Below, piece by piece: positions 9,212 to 18,606 of a DNA stretch of 64,000 nt; position 1 is the stretch's first letter; each line of letters opens with the position of its first letter. The stretch lies in the NCBI GenBank assembly GCA_963769425.1, contig CAVYLP010000004.1, positions 64,001-128,000 of the forward strand, read 5' to 3'. This stretch comes from Candidatus Bathyarchaeota archaeon. Its GTDB lineage: Archaea; Thermoproteota; Bathyarchaeia; TCS64. Under the pieces are notes generated by a model. The model did not search any database and was not told the origin of the DNA. It was given only the letters and a program-made list of their open reading frames with translations. The translations under genes and the position numbers were made by a program.

Positions 9212-9955
9212 CTAATTAATATCTTCAAAAACAGTAATTCCAAATTCGCGTTTCTCAGATAATGTTTTTTCTTCATGGGTTTCATTTATCGCAATGAGAA
9301 TATGAACAATATAAGAACATAGTTTTAACTCCTCTTTTATATCACGTTCTGTAAATAATACCATTTTTGATAGGTTTTTACTATCTGGAAAATATGATAT
9401 TATTATAGAGGATTCTCCGTCGTCACTAGGAGATTCATTAATCATTACACGCAATCCATGTTTATATGAATTATATAACTCTCTTTGCTTTAGATAATAA
9501 TCACTAATTTTTAACAACTTATCTTTGAAGGATAAGCAAGATTTTATACATTTATTTTTAATATCTTCTTCTAAATCTTCAATTGGTGGATATTGTAAAA
9601 GCCGACCCAGATAGCTAACATCAAACTTTTGAACGTTGTTATAAAAATCAATTATTTTTTCAACATCATATTTAAAAAGTTCCTCATGAAATAATTTACT
9701 ATTTTTTCTAGCAATTAAATTCGAAGCTAACGTTTCAGCATACATTACCGTCGTTATCATACACTCCAATTTAATCGAGCCCTTAATTATATTGAATAAA
9801 TTTGGATCATCAACTTTATGATCAACCGTCGTAGTAGGATCGAGATAGGCTTTCTCTAAGATTTTTAATTTAATATAAGGCCAATAAAGTGCTTGACCAT
9901 TAGCCATTATAAACGCCGAAGCTACATTACCCTGATAAGACATCCAAGAAACCAC
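9212..9955 (-). CDS. Hypothetical protein, possible HEPN-like fold
   Basis: Helical protein with an upstream conserved-looking E (YAETL) and a RELYNSYKHG motif. Confidence 0.6.
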   Translation of the reverse strand: MVSWMSYQGNVASAFIMANGQALYWPYIKLKILEKAYLDPTTTVDHKVDDPNLFNIIKGSIKLECMITTVMYAETLASNLIARKNSKLFHEELFKYDVEKIIDFYNNVQKFDVSYLGRLLQYPPIEDLEEDIKNKCIKSCLSFKDKLLKISDYYLKQRELYNSYKHGLRVMINESPSDDGESSIIISYFPDSKNLSKMVLFTERDIKEELKLCSYIVHILIAINETHEEKTLSEKREFGITVFEDIN

Positions 9956-10136
9956 CTAACAAATATACAAAGATGAAACAAAGAAAAGAGTTTTCGCTTA
10001 CGCCTTTTTAGCTCCAAAAATAGAAACCCGAACCCGTTAGAAGACGACGAAAATCTATTAATACCTAAAGGAAGTTGGAAATACACTTAACTTTAAGAAT
10101 AAATCAGTAAATAACCGACAATTTTATAAGCAGTCT

Positions 10137-10149
10137 TGGAGCTGATCAT
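10137..10149. repeat. Right att-like direct repeat TGGAGCTGATCAT
   Basis: Exact match to 5230-5242; on the minus strand it is preceded by TTTATA and GAGGAG. Confidence 0.7.
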
Positions 10150-10195
10150 GGTCTTCTCCTCAAGAAATGGGTGGGCGTGTATAAATGATTGGGAG

Positions 10196-11086
10196 CTACT
10201 CCAACTCCCTCAACTTGTCCGCAATGAGCCCCGCGACGGAGACCCTGCTGAATGGGGTCTCGATTGTGTTAGTTGCGATGATGGGGTCGGCGCCAGCTTT
10301 CCTGATCTTCTCCTCCGCCCCCGGCATGTAGAGGACGTGCGTGCACGCCGCGGCGACCTTCTCGGCTCCCTGCGCGATGAGCGCCTCGACGGCCTTCGCC
10401 ATGGTCCCGCCGCTGCTTATCATGTCGTCGAAGACTACTGCTCTGCGCCCAGAGATGTTGAGGTCTTTGACAGCCATCGTGATCTCACCTGTTTTGCGGT
10501 CACGGGTCTTCTCGAAGAAATTGTAGCCTCCGTCGAGGACCTTTGAGGCGGCTTCGGCGATGTAGATGGCTCCCTTGTCTGGTGAGAGGCTGTATGCATT
10601 GTCGAAGCCCTCCTTCTTGAGGTACTCGGCGAGCAGGGGGACTGCGGAGAGGTTGTGGAACTTGATGTCATGCTTCTGCTCGATGCCCCGGGTTGAGGCC
10701 TCGTTGTGGATGTTGACCGTGACGAGGTCGGTGACACCCGAGCACTCTAGGAGGCTGAAAATAACGTCGAGGCTAAGTGCCTCCAGTTCCGTGAACCGCT
10801 TGTCTTGGCGGGCGTAGGCTAGGTACGGGACGACAGCTACTATGTCCTTGGCGCCGAAGTCCTTCGCAGTCCTCGCCATGAGGAGGAGCTGCATGAGCCT
10901 CGTGTCGGGGTTAGGGGCCGTGGTCTGGACGATTACGACCTTCTCGCCAGCCACGGGCTTCGTGAACTTAATATAACTCTCCCCGTCGGGGAAGACGCGG
11001 TGCTCGACGGGCTGCGGCTCCACGCCGAGTCTCTCCGCTATCCTCCAGCCGAGTCCGAGGGAAGAGGGACCGGGTATGACGATCAT
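10196..11086 (-). CDS. prs: Ribose-phosphate pyrophosphokinase
   Basis: Motifs FPDGE, PYLAYARQDKRF, SPDKGA and DDMISSGGT. Confidence 0.95.
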   Translation of the reverse strand: MIVIPGPSSLGLGWRIAERLGVEPQPVEHRVFPDGESYIKFTKPVAGEKVVIVQTTAPNPDTRLMQLLLMARTAKDFGAKDIVAVVPYLAYARQDKRFTELEALSLDVIFSLLECSGVTDLVTVNIHNEASTRGIEQKHDIKFHNLSAVPLLAEYLKKEGFDNAYSLSPDKGAIYIAEAASKVLDGGYNFFEKTRDRKTGEITMAVKDLNISGRRAVVFDDMISSGGTMAKAVEALIAQGAEKVAAACTHVLYMPGAEEKIRKAGADPIIATNTIETPFSRVSVAGLIADKLRELE

Positions 11087-11126
11087 ACGGGGGAGGGATA
11101 GGCGTAACGACTAGATAAGCGGAGCC

Positions 11127-11940
11127 CTAGATCCCGGTGAAGAGGAGGGCGAAGGCAAGTAGGAGCCCCGCGGCGACGGCCGCGATCGCCCAGACCCTCT
11201 TGTCCCAGTTGTATATCTTCATCCCGTCGAAGATGCCGAAGGGTATGAGGTTGAAGAGGGCGAGGAAGGCGTTGATCTGGATGCCGTAGCCCGCGAGATA
11301 CCCTAACAGGCTGTAAGGATTCGCGATGTAGATGAAGAGGTAGATAAGTGCCTGCGCTATATTCGTAGCGGGGCCGGCGATGGATATCTTGCCGTACTCG
11401 TTCTTGTTCATGAGGCCGGCGATCATCACGGCGCCCGGGGCGACTATCATTATCGGCAGAACCGATGTCTGAAGTAGGAAGAAGGATAGGAATGTGAGGA
11501 GTAGCCCCATCGTGCTGAGCCTGAACTCAGCCCACATGCCGAGCCGCTGAGCGGCGAACTTGTGGGCGAGCTCGTGCAGGATGAAGGCCCCAGCGAGTAT
11601 CGAGACGACTCCTACGACGAGCAGGGGTTCGACTGGTGAAGTAGCTCCAGATCTTGAAGAAGGGGAGCGTCATGATTACTAATAGCCCTATGGCTAGGTC
11701 GCGTAGCTCCTTCTTGCTGAACCAGTAGGGGCGTATGATCCGGCTGGTGGAGTAGTTGCCGTAGAAGCCCCCCGAGGTCGAGTACTCGCCGACCTGGACG
11801 GTCTTCGGCTTCGTCTGGTCATACTTGCCCTTGCAGTCGTGGAACTCCGGTAGCCTGTGCTGCTCGCAGAAGTAGCCGCCGCAGTAGTTGCACCGGAAGG
11901 GCATGTACGTCTCTACGCCGCACTTCTCGCACTTGACCAT
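11127..11940 (-). CDS. AN1-type Zn finger plus M50 (site-2) metalloprotease, one frameshift near 11620
   Basis: N-terminal CEKC...PFRCNYCGGYFCEQHRLPEFHDC; the downstream frame has LHELAH, AGPATN and FNLIPFGIFDG. Confidence 0.8.
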
Positions 11941-12003
11941 TGGGCCGTCTCCGAATTAGGCGGGTGGCGCCACTTTAAGGCTTTACTCCGGGGAAGAAGT
12001 TGT

Positions 12004-12976
12004 TTACGCCGCCGCCTGCCTTATCGCGGCGACTATCTTCTCCTTGCTGGGGAGTAGTTCCTTCTCAAGTCTCGGGTTGAAGGGCAGCGGTATGTTCGGC
12101 GTGGCGACGCGGATCGGCGGGGACTCGAGGCTCTTCAGCGCGCCTCTCCGCCACGAGTGCGACGACCTCGCCGCTGAATCCGTAGCTCTGGTAGTCCTCG
12201 TCGACGACGACTAGGCGACCCGTCTTCTTGACGGAGCCGATTATCGCCTCCTCGTCGAGCGGGACGAGGGTGCGGGGGTCGAGGACCTCGACGCTCACCT
12301 TGCCCTTGAGCTCGTCGGCCGCCTTCATCGCCTCCTGCACCATCAGGCTTGTGGCTACGACGGTGACGTCCTTGCCCTCGCGGACGAGGTTGGCGACGCC
12401 GAGGGGGACCTCGTATGGCTCCTTCGGCACTTGCCCCTTGACTGGGTAGAGGAGCCTGTGCTCCATGAATATCTTCGGGTTGGGGTCGCGTATGCTTGAG
12501 ATGAGGAGGCCCTTGGCGTCGTATGGGTTGCTCGGGACGACGACCTTGAGCCCCGGCATGTGGGCGAAGAGGCCGTGTAGACTCTCGCTGTGTGTGGCGC
12601 CGCTGCTCGTGCCCGCTCCGGTGAGGACGCGCAGCGTCATGGGGACGCTGACGGCCCCACCGCTCATGTATGTGCTCTTCGCGAACTGGTTGAGTATCTG
12701 GTCCATGGCGACTAGGCCGAAGTCGACGAGCATCAGCTCGACAACTGGACGGTAGCCCGCGATGGCGGCGCCGACGCCTGCCCCGATGAACGCGGTCTCG
12801 GTGATGGGGGCGTCACGGACGCGTTCCCTCCCGAACTTCTCCTTGAGCCCCTTCGTGGCCTCGCGCCACTGGCTGGAGACGTTCTCGCCGAAGACGATGA
12901 CCTTCGGGTCACGCTCCATCTCGGCGATGTGGGCCTCGTTGAGGGCCTGTCCGAACGTTATCTCGCGTGCGGGCAT
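12004..12976 (-). CDS. 2-oxoacid dehydrogenase E1 beta subunit-like, frameshift near the C-terminus
   Basis: Motifs DAPITE, RPVVE, DQILN, HSES and VLDPRTLVPLD; the tail PIRVATPNIPLPFNPRLE is in another frame ending at 12004. Confidence 0.88.
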
Positions 12977-12977
12977 C

Positions 12978-13925
12978 TCAGTCCGCCTCCTTGTAGACGC
13001 AGGCATACGCCTGATCCGGTGTCGGCTCGGGGCTCTTGAGGGCGAAGTCGACAGCCTTCTGCACCTTCACCGCCTCCTCTGCCCTGATCTGCTCGTCGAG
13101 CTTCTTAGGTATCTTCTGCTTGAGGAGGTCTATTGGGTCCCACTGCCTCTCCTTCTCGTTGGATTCGAGGCGTCCATCTAGGTTGCCTTCGAGCTGGTGG
13201 ACCTTGAACTCCAGTAAGGTCGGGCCTTTGCCGGCGCGTGCGCGTCTGACGGCCTTGCCCGCGGCCTTGTAGACCTCGGCTATGTCCCAGCCGATGTGGG
13301 TGCTCCCGGGCATGGCGTAGTTCTTGGCCCTGAGGCTAACCTTGTCTATGCTGAGCTGAGGATAGTCTATTTCGTGGCCGAGCATACGCTGTACCTCGGG
13401 GCTGCTATTCTCGCAGACGAAGACTATGGGTAGCTGCCAGCATGCGGCGAGGTTTAGGGTCTCCTGTACGCCTCCCTGGTTGCTTCCGCCTTCCCCGAAG
13501 TAGGAGACGGCGACGTTTCGCTTGGCATTTAGCTGGTCGGCTAGGGCGTAGCCGGCGGTCATGGGGACGCTGCCTCCAACTATGCCGTTTGCCCCGAGTG
13601 CTCCGACGCTGGGGTCGAATGTGTGGTAGGGCCCTGCTTTGCCGTGGTTGAATCCGGTCTCCTTCCCCATGAGTTCTGCCATGAGTTTGTCGAGGTCGCA
13701 CCCCTTGGCTATGAGGTGGCCGAGGGCACGGTGTGTACTCCCGATCTGATCGCCCCTTCGAAGGTGGGCGGAGACCCCTACGGCGACCGCTTCCTGTCCG
13801 GTGTAGAGGCCGAAGCGGGCGGGTATCTTTCCCTCCTTCGTCAGTCTGCGGACGGCGTTCTCGAAGGTCCTGATGCGGATCATGACTCGGTAAAGTTCAG
13901 TTATCTTGGCGTCGTTTAGGCTCAA
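12978..13925 (-). CDS. TPP-dependent 2-oxoacid dehydrogenase E1 alpha subunit-like (divergent)
   Basis: Motifs GQEA, STHR, GANGIVG, FGEG...LNLA..WQLPIVFVCEN; likely TTG start at 13925. Confidence 0.88.
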   Translation of the reverse strand: MSLNDAKITELYRVMIRIRTFENAVRRLTKEGKIPARFGLYTGQEAVAVGVSAHLRRGDQIGSTHRALGHLIAKGCDLDKLMAELMGKETGFNHGKAGPYHTFDPSVGALGANGIVGGSVPMTAGYALADQLNAKRNVAVSYFGEGGSNQGGVQETLNLAACWQLPIVFVCENSSPEVQRMLGHEIDYPQLSIDKVSLRAKNYAMPGSTHIGWDIAEVYKAAGKAVRRARAGKGPTLLEFKVHQLEGNLDGRLESNEKERQWDPIDLLKQKIPKKLDEQIRAEEAVKVQKAVDFALKSPEPTPDQAYACVYKEAD

Positions 13926-14017
13926 GGTTGCTCTGGGGATGTTGTGTGGTCTAGTGGATTTTAGGATTTCCTGCGTTTGCTTGTGGCGCGCTACTGTATC
14001 ACGGTTTTTTTTCTCCT

Positions 14018-14143
14018 CGTGCATGCACAGGAGGGAGGGAATGGTACTTCACCGCCCCCACATTTTCGATTATTTCAGTCGATTTCGTTGATCGGGGCGT
14101 TTTTCCGGTTCCGTTTGCGGTGGAGGCGCAGTGGATTCCCGCC
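14018..14143 (-). repeat. Dispersed 126-bp intergenic element, copy A
   Basis: The reverse complement aligns almost without gaps to 21766-21890 at about two-thirds identity (manual alignment). Confidence 0.7.
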
Positions 14144-14287
14144 GGAGGTGGCTTAAGTGTGCATTTTGTGTATAATCGGAGGAGTTGAAACGTTTTTCAG
14201 GATTCTACGGGTGGAAGGGACCATTTTCAGGCTCTGATAGTTTACTCTATCCTACCTTTTTTCTGCTCAGTACTAGAACTGTTCGTA

Positions 14288-14524
14288 TTACGGCTTCTGA
14301 GGTTTGGCGTCCTTACTTGGTTGAGTAGTCTTCGGCAGGATGGCCTTGACGCGCCCGACCTTACCGTCCGTTAGGCGGACCTTGATTCCGTGTGGGTGGA
14401 ACTGGCTGCCTGTCAGCAGCTCCTTGACAACGCCGCGTGTGAGTTTCCCCGTCGCCTGGTCCTGTTTCAGGACGATGTCAACGGTGTCGCCCGGGTGTAT
14501 CTCACTCCTCTTCGTGCCGGCCAT
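14288..14524 (-). CDS. YwbE family protein (DUF2196)
   Basis: VDIVLKQDQATGKLTRGVVKELLT.SQFHPHGIKVRLTDGKVGRV. Confidence 0.9.
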   Translation of the reverse strand: MAGTKRSEIHPGDTVDIVLKQDQATGKLTRGVVKELLTGSQFHPHGIKVRLTDGKVGRVKAILPKTTQPSKDAKPQKP

Positions 14525-14572
14525 CGGTCTCGATGCAGGGTGTCTCTCCCTGTTTAAATGGAGTGCGGAGTG

Positions 14573-15349
14573 TCACCGCATGACGGGGACACAGACCTTC
14601 GAGCCCGCTTCCTCGGCGTAAATGATCTTTATTTCGACTCCGTAGACCTTCCTCAGGTTCTCCTCGGTTACGACGTCCTCCGCCCTCCCCTCGGCGATAA
14701 TCCTCCCCTCTTTCATCACGGCGACGCGGCACCCGAGGTGGAAGGCGTGGTCGGGGAAGTGGGAGGTCAGAACGACTGTGAACCCCCTCTCGGATAACGT
14801 CCTGATGAGTTGGAGTGTCCTTATCTGGTTGCCAAAGTCGAGGTGGCTAGTCGGCTCGTCAAGAAGAAGCACCTCGGGCTGCTGGGTGAGAACCATGGCT
14901 AGGAGGGCGAGCTGCCTCTCCCCACCACTTATCCTCGTATAGGGCTTCTCTGCGAGGTGGGATATCCCGAGGGATTCAAGGCTACCCTCCGCTATCTTGT
15001 AGTCTGTCGAATTTGGTGTGCTCGCTAGGCCGAGGTAGGGGGCGCGGCCCATCACAGCGACGTCTCGGACCGTGTACGGGTATGCTGATACGTGCATCTG
15101 TGGGAGGAAACCGACCCTTCGCGCAATCTGCGCCCTGCCGAGGCCGTGGAGGTCCACGCCGTCTACTAAAACCCTCCCGGTTTGGGGCGTGAGTATCCTG
15201 TTCATACACTTCAGAAAGGTGGTCTTCCCTGAGCCGTTGGCGCCGAGGATGGTGAGCACCTCACCCCTCTCCGCCTTCAGGGAGATATCATCGAAGACGC
15301 GTTTACCTCCCTCGTAGCCAAAGCTCAGGGACTCCACGCTGAGCTTCAA
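14573..15349 (-). CDS. ABC transporter ATP-binding protein (iron chelate/cobalamin type)
   Basis: Motifs GANGSGKTT, ISGGERQ and LLLDEPTSHLD. Confidence 0.93.
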   Translation of the reverse strand: MKLSVESLSFGYEGGKRVFDDISLKAERGEVLTILGANGSGKTTFLKCMNRILTPQTGRVLVDGVDLHGLGRAQIARRVGFLPQMHVSAYPYTVRDVAVMGRAPYLGLASTPNSTDYKIAEGSLESLGISHLAEKPYTRISGGERQLALLAMVLTQQPEVLLLDEPTSHLDFGNQIRTLQLIRTLSERGFTVVLTSHFPDHAFHLGCRVAVMKEGRIIAEGRAEDVVTEENLRKVYGVEIKIIYAEEAGSKVCVPVMR

Positions 15350-16344
15350 TCCCACGCCCCCCTGCTCCTCCATAGGAGGTAAGCGAAGAATGGCGTCCCC
15401 ACAAGCGCCGTCAGTATCCCGACTGGGACCTCACCCGTCGTGATCGTCCGGCTGAGGTCGTCGATAACTAGCAGGTACACGGCTCCCAACAGGGCGCAGG
15501 TTGGGAGTAGTTTCCTGTTGTCGGGGCCGACGAGCATCCTCCCGATGTGGGGTATAACTAGCCCTATCCAGCCTATGACGCCGCTCACGCTGACCGCTGC
15601 AGCTGTGGCGAGGGTGCTGCAGAGCACCACCACCCCCACTGTGAGCCTGAGGTCAACACCCAAAGACTGAGCCTCCTCCTCCCCCATCGAGAGCAGGTTG
15701 ATCCTCCACCTGACTACCATCAATCCGGCGACGCTGAGCAAGATTATCGGGGTAATTATAATGATGTCCTTCTGCCCAACAGAGGAGAGGGAGCCCATTA
15801 GCCAGAAGACTATAGCAGGGAGCTTCTCTTGGGGGTCGGCGATGTACTGGATCATGGAGACTATAGCGGAGAAGAAGGAGCTGATTATGATCCCCGCGAG
15901 GACGAGCGTGAGGTTGCTCGACCCCTTATAGATCCTGCTGAGTCCATATGTTACACCAACCGAGATCAGGCTGAAGATGAAGGCGAAGAGCTGGATCACC
16001 GCCGGGTCGCCGGAGATGAGTATTGCGAGGGCCGCACCCAATCCCGCGCCTGAGGAGACGCCGAGGGTATAGGAGGAGACGAGTGGGTTCTTAAACATCC
16101 CCTGGAAACCTGCCCCCGCTACCGACAGAGCTACGCCGACAAGGATAGCAGCGATGATACGGGGATACCTGATCTGGTAGAGAACCGTCAATACGACCGG
16201 TTCCGACTCCCCTACACCGAAGAGTGCCTTGAGTACCTGATCTACAGGAATCCAGTACCGCCCCACACCGAGGGAAACCGCGAAGGTTACGAAGAGACCT
16301 ATCGCGAGGAGGATCAGGGTCGTTCGATAGCGCCGGTCCGACAT
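15346..16344 (-). CDS. FecCD/BtuC-family ABC permease
   Basis: Motifs RYPRI, FKNPLVS..TLGVSSGA, GEEEAQSLG and GWIGLVIPH. Confidence 0.93.
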   Translation of the reverse strand: MSDRRYRTTLILLAIGLFVTFAVSLGVGRYWIPVDQVLKALFGVGESEPVVLTVLYQIRYPRIIAAILVGVALSVAGAGFQGMFKNPLVSSYTLGVSSGAGLGAALAILISGDPAVIQLFAFIFSLISVGVTYGLSRIYKGSSNLTLVLAGIIISSFFSAIVSMIQYIADPQEKLPAIVFWLMGSLSSVGQKDIIIITPIILLSVAGLMVVRWRINLLSMGEEEAQSLGVDLRLTVGVVVLCSTLATAAAVSVSGVIGWIGLVIPHIGRMLVGPDNRKLLPTCALLGAVYLLVIDDLSRTITTGEVPVGILTALVGTPFFAYLLWRSRGAWD

Positions 16345-16354
16345 CTCGCTCCTC

Positions 16355-17110
16355 TTACTCCTTGCCCCACGAGATCATGGTCCAGACATGGACAGTGTTC
16401 TCGATCTCCTCTTTAATCTGCTCGGCGAAGCGTCGCATCTGCTCCTGCTCAGCAGGCTTCAGCGAGAGCATCCAGTTGAGGCTGTCGAGGTACTTCTGGA
16501 CGGCCTTATCGCCCGAGTTGAACCTTAGGAAGTACCCGCATGAGGGCTTCAGCCCCATTTGGTGTACGACGTTGTAGACGTGTATGTTCGTGGGGGCGGG
16601 GTGATACTCCCTGCCGAGTGATTTGAACGCGGCGGAGTCCTCGTCTATGAAGTCGGTCACGGGCATAGTCACGAAGATGCGTCTTCCGACCTTACTCATC
16701 CGGCGCAGGGCGTCCTCTAGATCCCACTCAATAGCCACTCCACCCTCCTTCGGCTTCTCGACCGCGCCGAGTAGGTTGATGCAGTTCGAGGCGACGACAA
16801 TATCATATTTATCATCTATGTCAACGCCCGGTTCAGCTTCGCGCCAGAATCGCCTCACACATTTGATGTTCCCTATGCCCTCCTCGCTGGCTCTCCGCCT
16901 TAGTTTGCTTAGCATCCCCTCGGATGTGTCGAGGGCGGTCACGGATTTGACGATCCTCGCCAGCGGTATGGTGGTGGTGCCGGGTCCGCAGCCGATGTCG
17001 AGTACTCTGTCCCCCGGGGAGGGCTTGATGAGGTTGATAACGGTCTCGGGGTACAGGGGATTCATCTTCTCCGCGAACCCCTCTGCCTCCGAGGCGTTCC
17101 ACTGCTTCAA
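16355..17110 (-). CDS. Class I SAM-dependent methyltransferase
   Basis: VLDIGCGPG motif. The frame stays open upstream (VDWHSVWKE to about 17185), so the true start is probably earlier. Confidence 0.85.
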   Translation of the reverse strand: MKQWNASEAEGFAEKMNPLYPETVINLIKPSPGDRVLDIGCGPGTTTIPLARIVKSVTALDTSEGMLSKLRRRASEEGIGNIKCVRRFWREAEPGVDIDDKYDIVVASNCINLLGAVEKPKEGGVAIEWDLEDALRRMSKVGRRIFVTMPVTDFIDEDSAAFKSLGREYHPAPTNIHVYNVVHQMGLKPSCGYFLRFNSGDKAVQKYLDSLNWMLSLKPAEQEQMRRFAEQIKEEIENTVHVWTMISWGKE

Positions 17111-17195
17111 GGCGCCACGATCATCGTAGGCGATCGTGGTACTCTTCTCTATGGTCTCCTTCCAGACCGAGTGCCAGTCGACGGGCTCTCCTCGC

Positions 17196-18221
17196 CTAGT
17201 CGAGGGAGGGGCCGTCGTACTCCACCCCGTACGTTGCCTTGTAGAAGACCTTGGCTTCGGAGGTCATGCTGACCCCGCTCCAGAGGTTGGGGTAGAGCTT
17301 AGAGGAGATCCACTTGATGGCGAAGATGGCGCGTAGAGATCCGTAGTCCCAACCAGCCTCCGGGATCGCGTAGACCCTCTTGTTCTTCACCGCATCGACC
17401 TGCTGTATCTTAGGGTCATTTAGTATGGCAGTGACGTTGACGTTCTGCAGCGTGAAGATGACCTGCGGGTTCCAGGCGATGAGCTGCTCGGGGGAGACCT
17501 CAGGCGTCCAAGCGGTGATCTCCTTCGCCACGTTAGTGCCTCCTGCCGTCACTATCTCGGAGTGCTCGAATGTGGTGCCACCGTAGACATGGTAGACATC
17601 GTTGGCGCAGAAGTAGACGCTCGTCTTTCCCGACTCGGGCACGTCTTTGACCTTGGCCTTCACCTCGGCCACGATCTTGTCTAGGTTGTTCGATATCTCG
17701 TTGGCCTTGGCATCGGCACCGACTACCTTCCCGATGATCTTGAGGTCCCTCGTGAAGTTGCCGATCTCCTCGAAGTGGGCGACGACGCATGTCTGGTTGA
17801 GGTCCCTAACCTCCTTCACCCATGATATCCTGCCGTATCCGCCGACGAGTACGACGTCCGCCTTGAGTGCGAGTAGAGCCTCCTTGTTCAGCGTCTTCCC
17901 CGAGACGGGGGCTGGGAGGTCCTTGAGAGCTGGCACGAGCTTTGATATGAACAAGCCGTATCCGACGCCTTGCTTCGTCATGTCGTCTATGCCGACGAGT
18001 CTATCCTTTGCCCCGAGGACGACGACCATCTCCGCTTGCATCGAGCGGAGGGCGACTATCCTCTGCGGCGAGCTCGGGATATTCACCGAGGTCCCGGTTG
18101 AGTCGACGACTGTAAGGGACGCCAACGCTGGCGCTGCCTTCGGCTGAGTCAAGTACATGTACCCTCCTAGGCCGGCGATCACCACGAGCACGGCAGCTAC
18201 TATGTAGAAGTTCCTGTTCAT
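17196..18221 (-). CDS. ABC substrate-binding protein (iron/cobalamin type)
   Basis: N-terminal anchor; VVDSTG..V..P..PQRIV, VSPEQLIAWNP and AVKNKRVY. Confidence 0.9.
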   Translation of the reverse strand: MNRNFYIVAAVLVVIAGLGGYMYLTQPKAAPALASLTVVDSTGTSVNIPSSPQRIVALRSMQAEMVVVLGAKDRLVGIDDMTKQGVGYGLFISKLVPALKDLPAPVSGKTLNKEALLALKADVVLVGGYGRISWVKEVRDLNQTCVVAHFEEIGNFTRDLKIIGKVVGADAKANEISNNLDKIVAEVKAKVKDVPESGKTSVYFCANDVYHVYGGTTFEHSEIVTAGGTNVAKEITAWTPEVSPEQLIAWNPQVIFTLQNVNVTAILNDPKIQQVDAVKNKRVYAIPEAGWDYGSLRAIFAIKWISSKLYPNLWSGVSMTSEAKVFYKATYGVEYDGPSLD

Positions 18222-18327
18222 CCAATCACCTGATATGTAATAATATTCATATCGAGTACCATCGCTTCTGTATTAAAGATTATCAGGTGAATCGTGGCAC
18301 GATTGGGGTGAGAATAGGAGTTGGTTG

Positions 18328-18438
18328 TGGCGGGCCCGGAGGGATTCGAACCCTCGATCTCCGGCTTAGAAGGCTTGCGCGTCGGCGTCGGGTTGCGGCG
18401 ACCGACTAGGCGCCTTATCCTGGCTTGGCCACGGGCCC
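18328..18438 (-). tRNA. tRNA-Arg(TCT) with a 33-nt intron at non-canonical position 29/30 and encoded CCA
   Basis: GGGCCCG acceptor stem, GGTTCGAATCC T-arm, CT-TCT-AA anticodon loop. The intron (18375-18407) forms a GCGC/GCGC helix with CTA and AAG bulges and a GTCGG/CCGAC stem. Confidence 0.9.
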
Positions 18439-18606
18439 CACCGTCTTGAGGAGCGCCCCCTCTTTTTAAGAATGATGCGTCCCCTAGGCGCGGTGGTGCC
18501 TGTTTACTCTTTACAAACCTCGGTGAGCGTTGGATGAGTTGATTATTAACTCCACTATCTACGATAGTTGAGACTCTCAAGGATCAGCTTTGCATGTGTG
18601 GGTTAT

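Larger units (their letters stand above)
5230..10149. mobile_element. Degenerate integrated element (about 4.9 kb) bounded by the 13-bp direct repeat TGGAGCTGATCAT
   Basis: Identical 13-mers at 5230-5242 and 10137-10149, an integrase remnant just inside the left repeat, and strongly AT-rich cargo. Confidence 0.75.

Noticed and set aside
6916-9960. Archaeal integron cassette array
   Set aside because: One GTTAGGT lies at the start of the 9212-9955 gene, but no paired RYYYAAC/GTTRRRY attC hairpins were seen between genes, and the integrase remnant is not recognisably IntI
18328-18438. tRNA as integration site for the adjacent ABC transporter cluster
   Set aside because: No duplicated tRNA 3' end or nearby integrase was found, and the cluster has backbone-like composition
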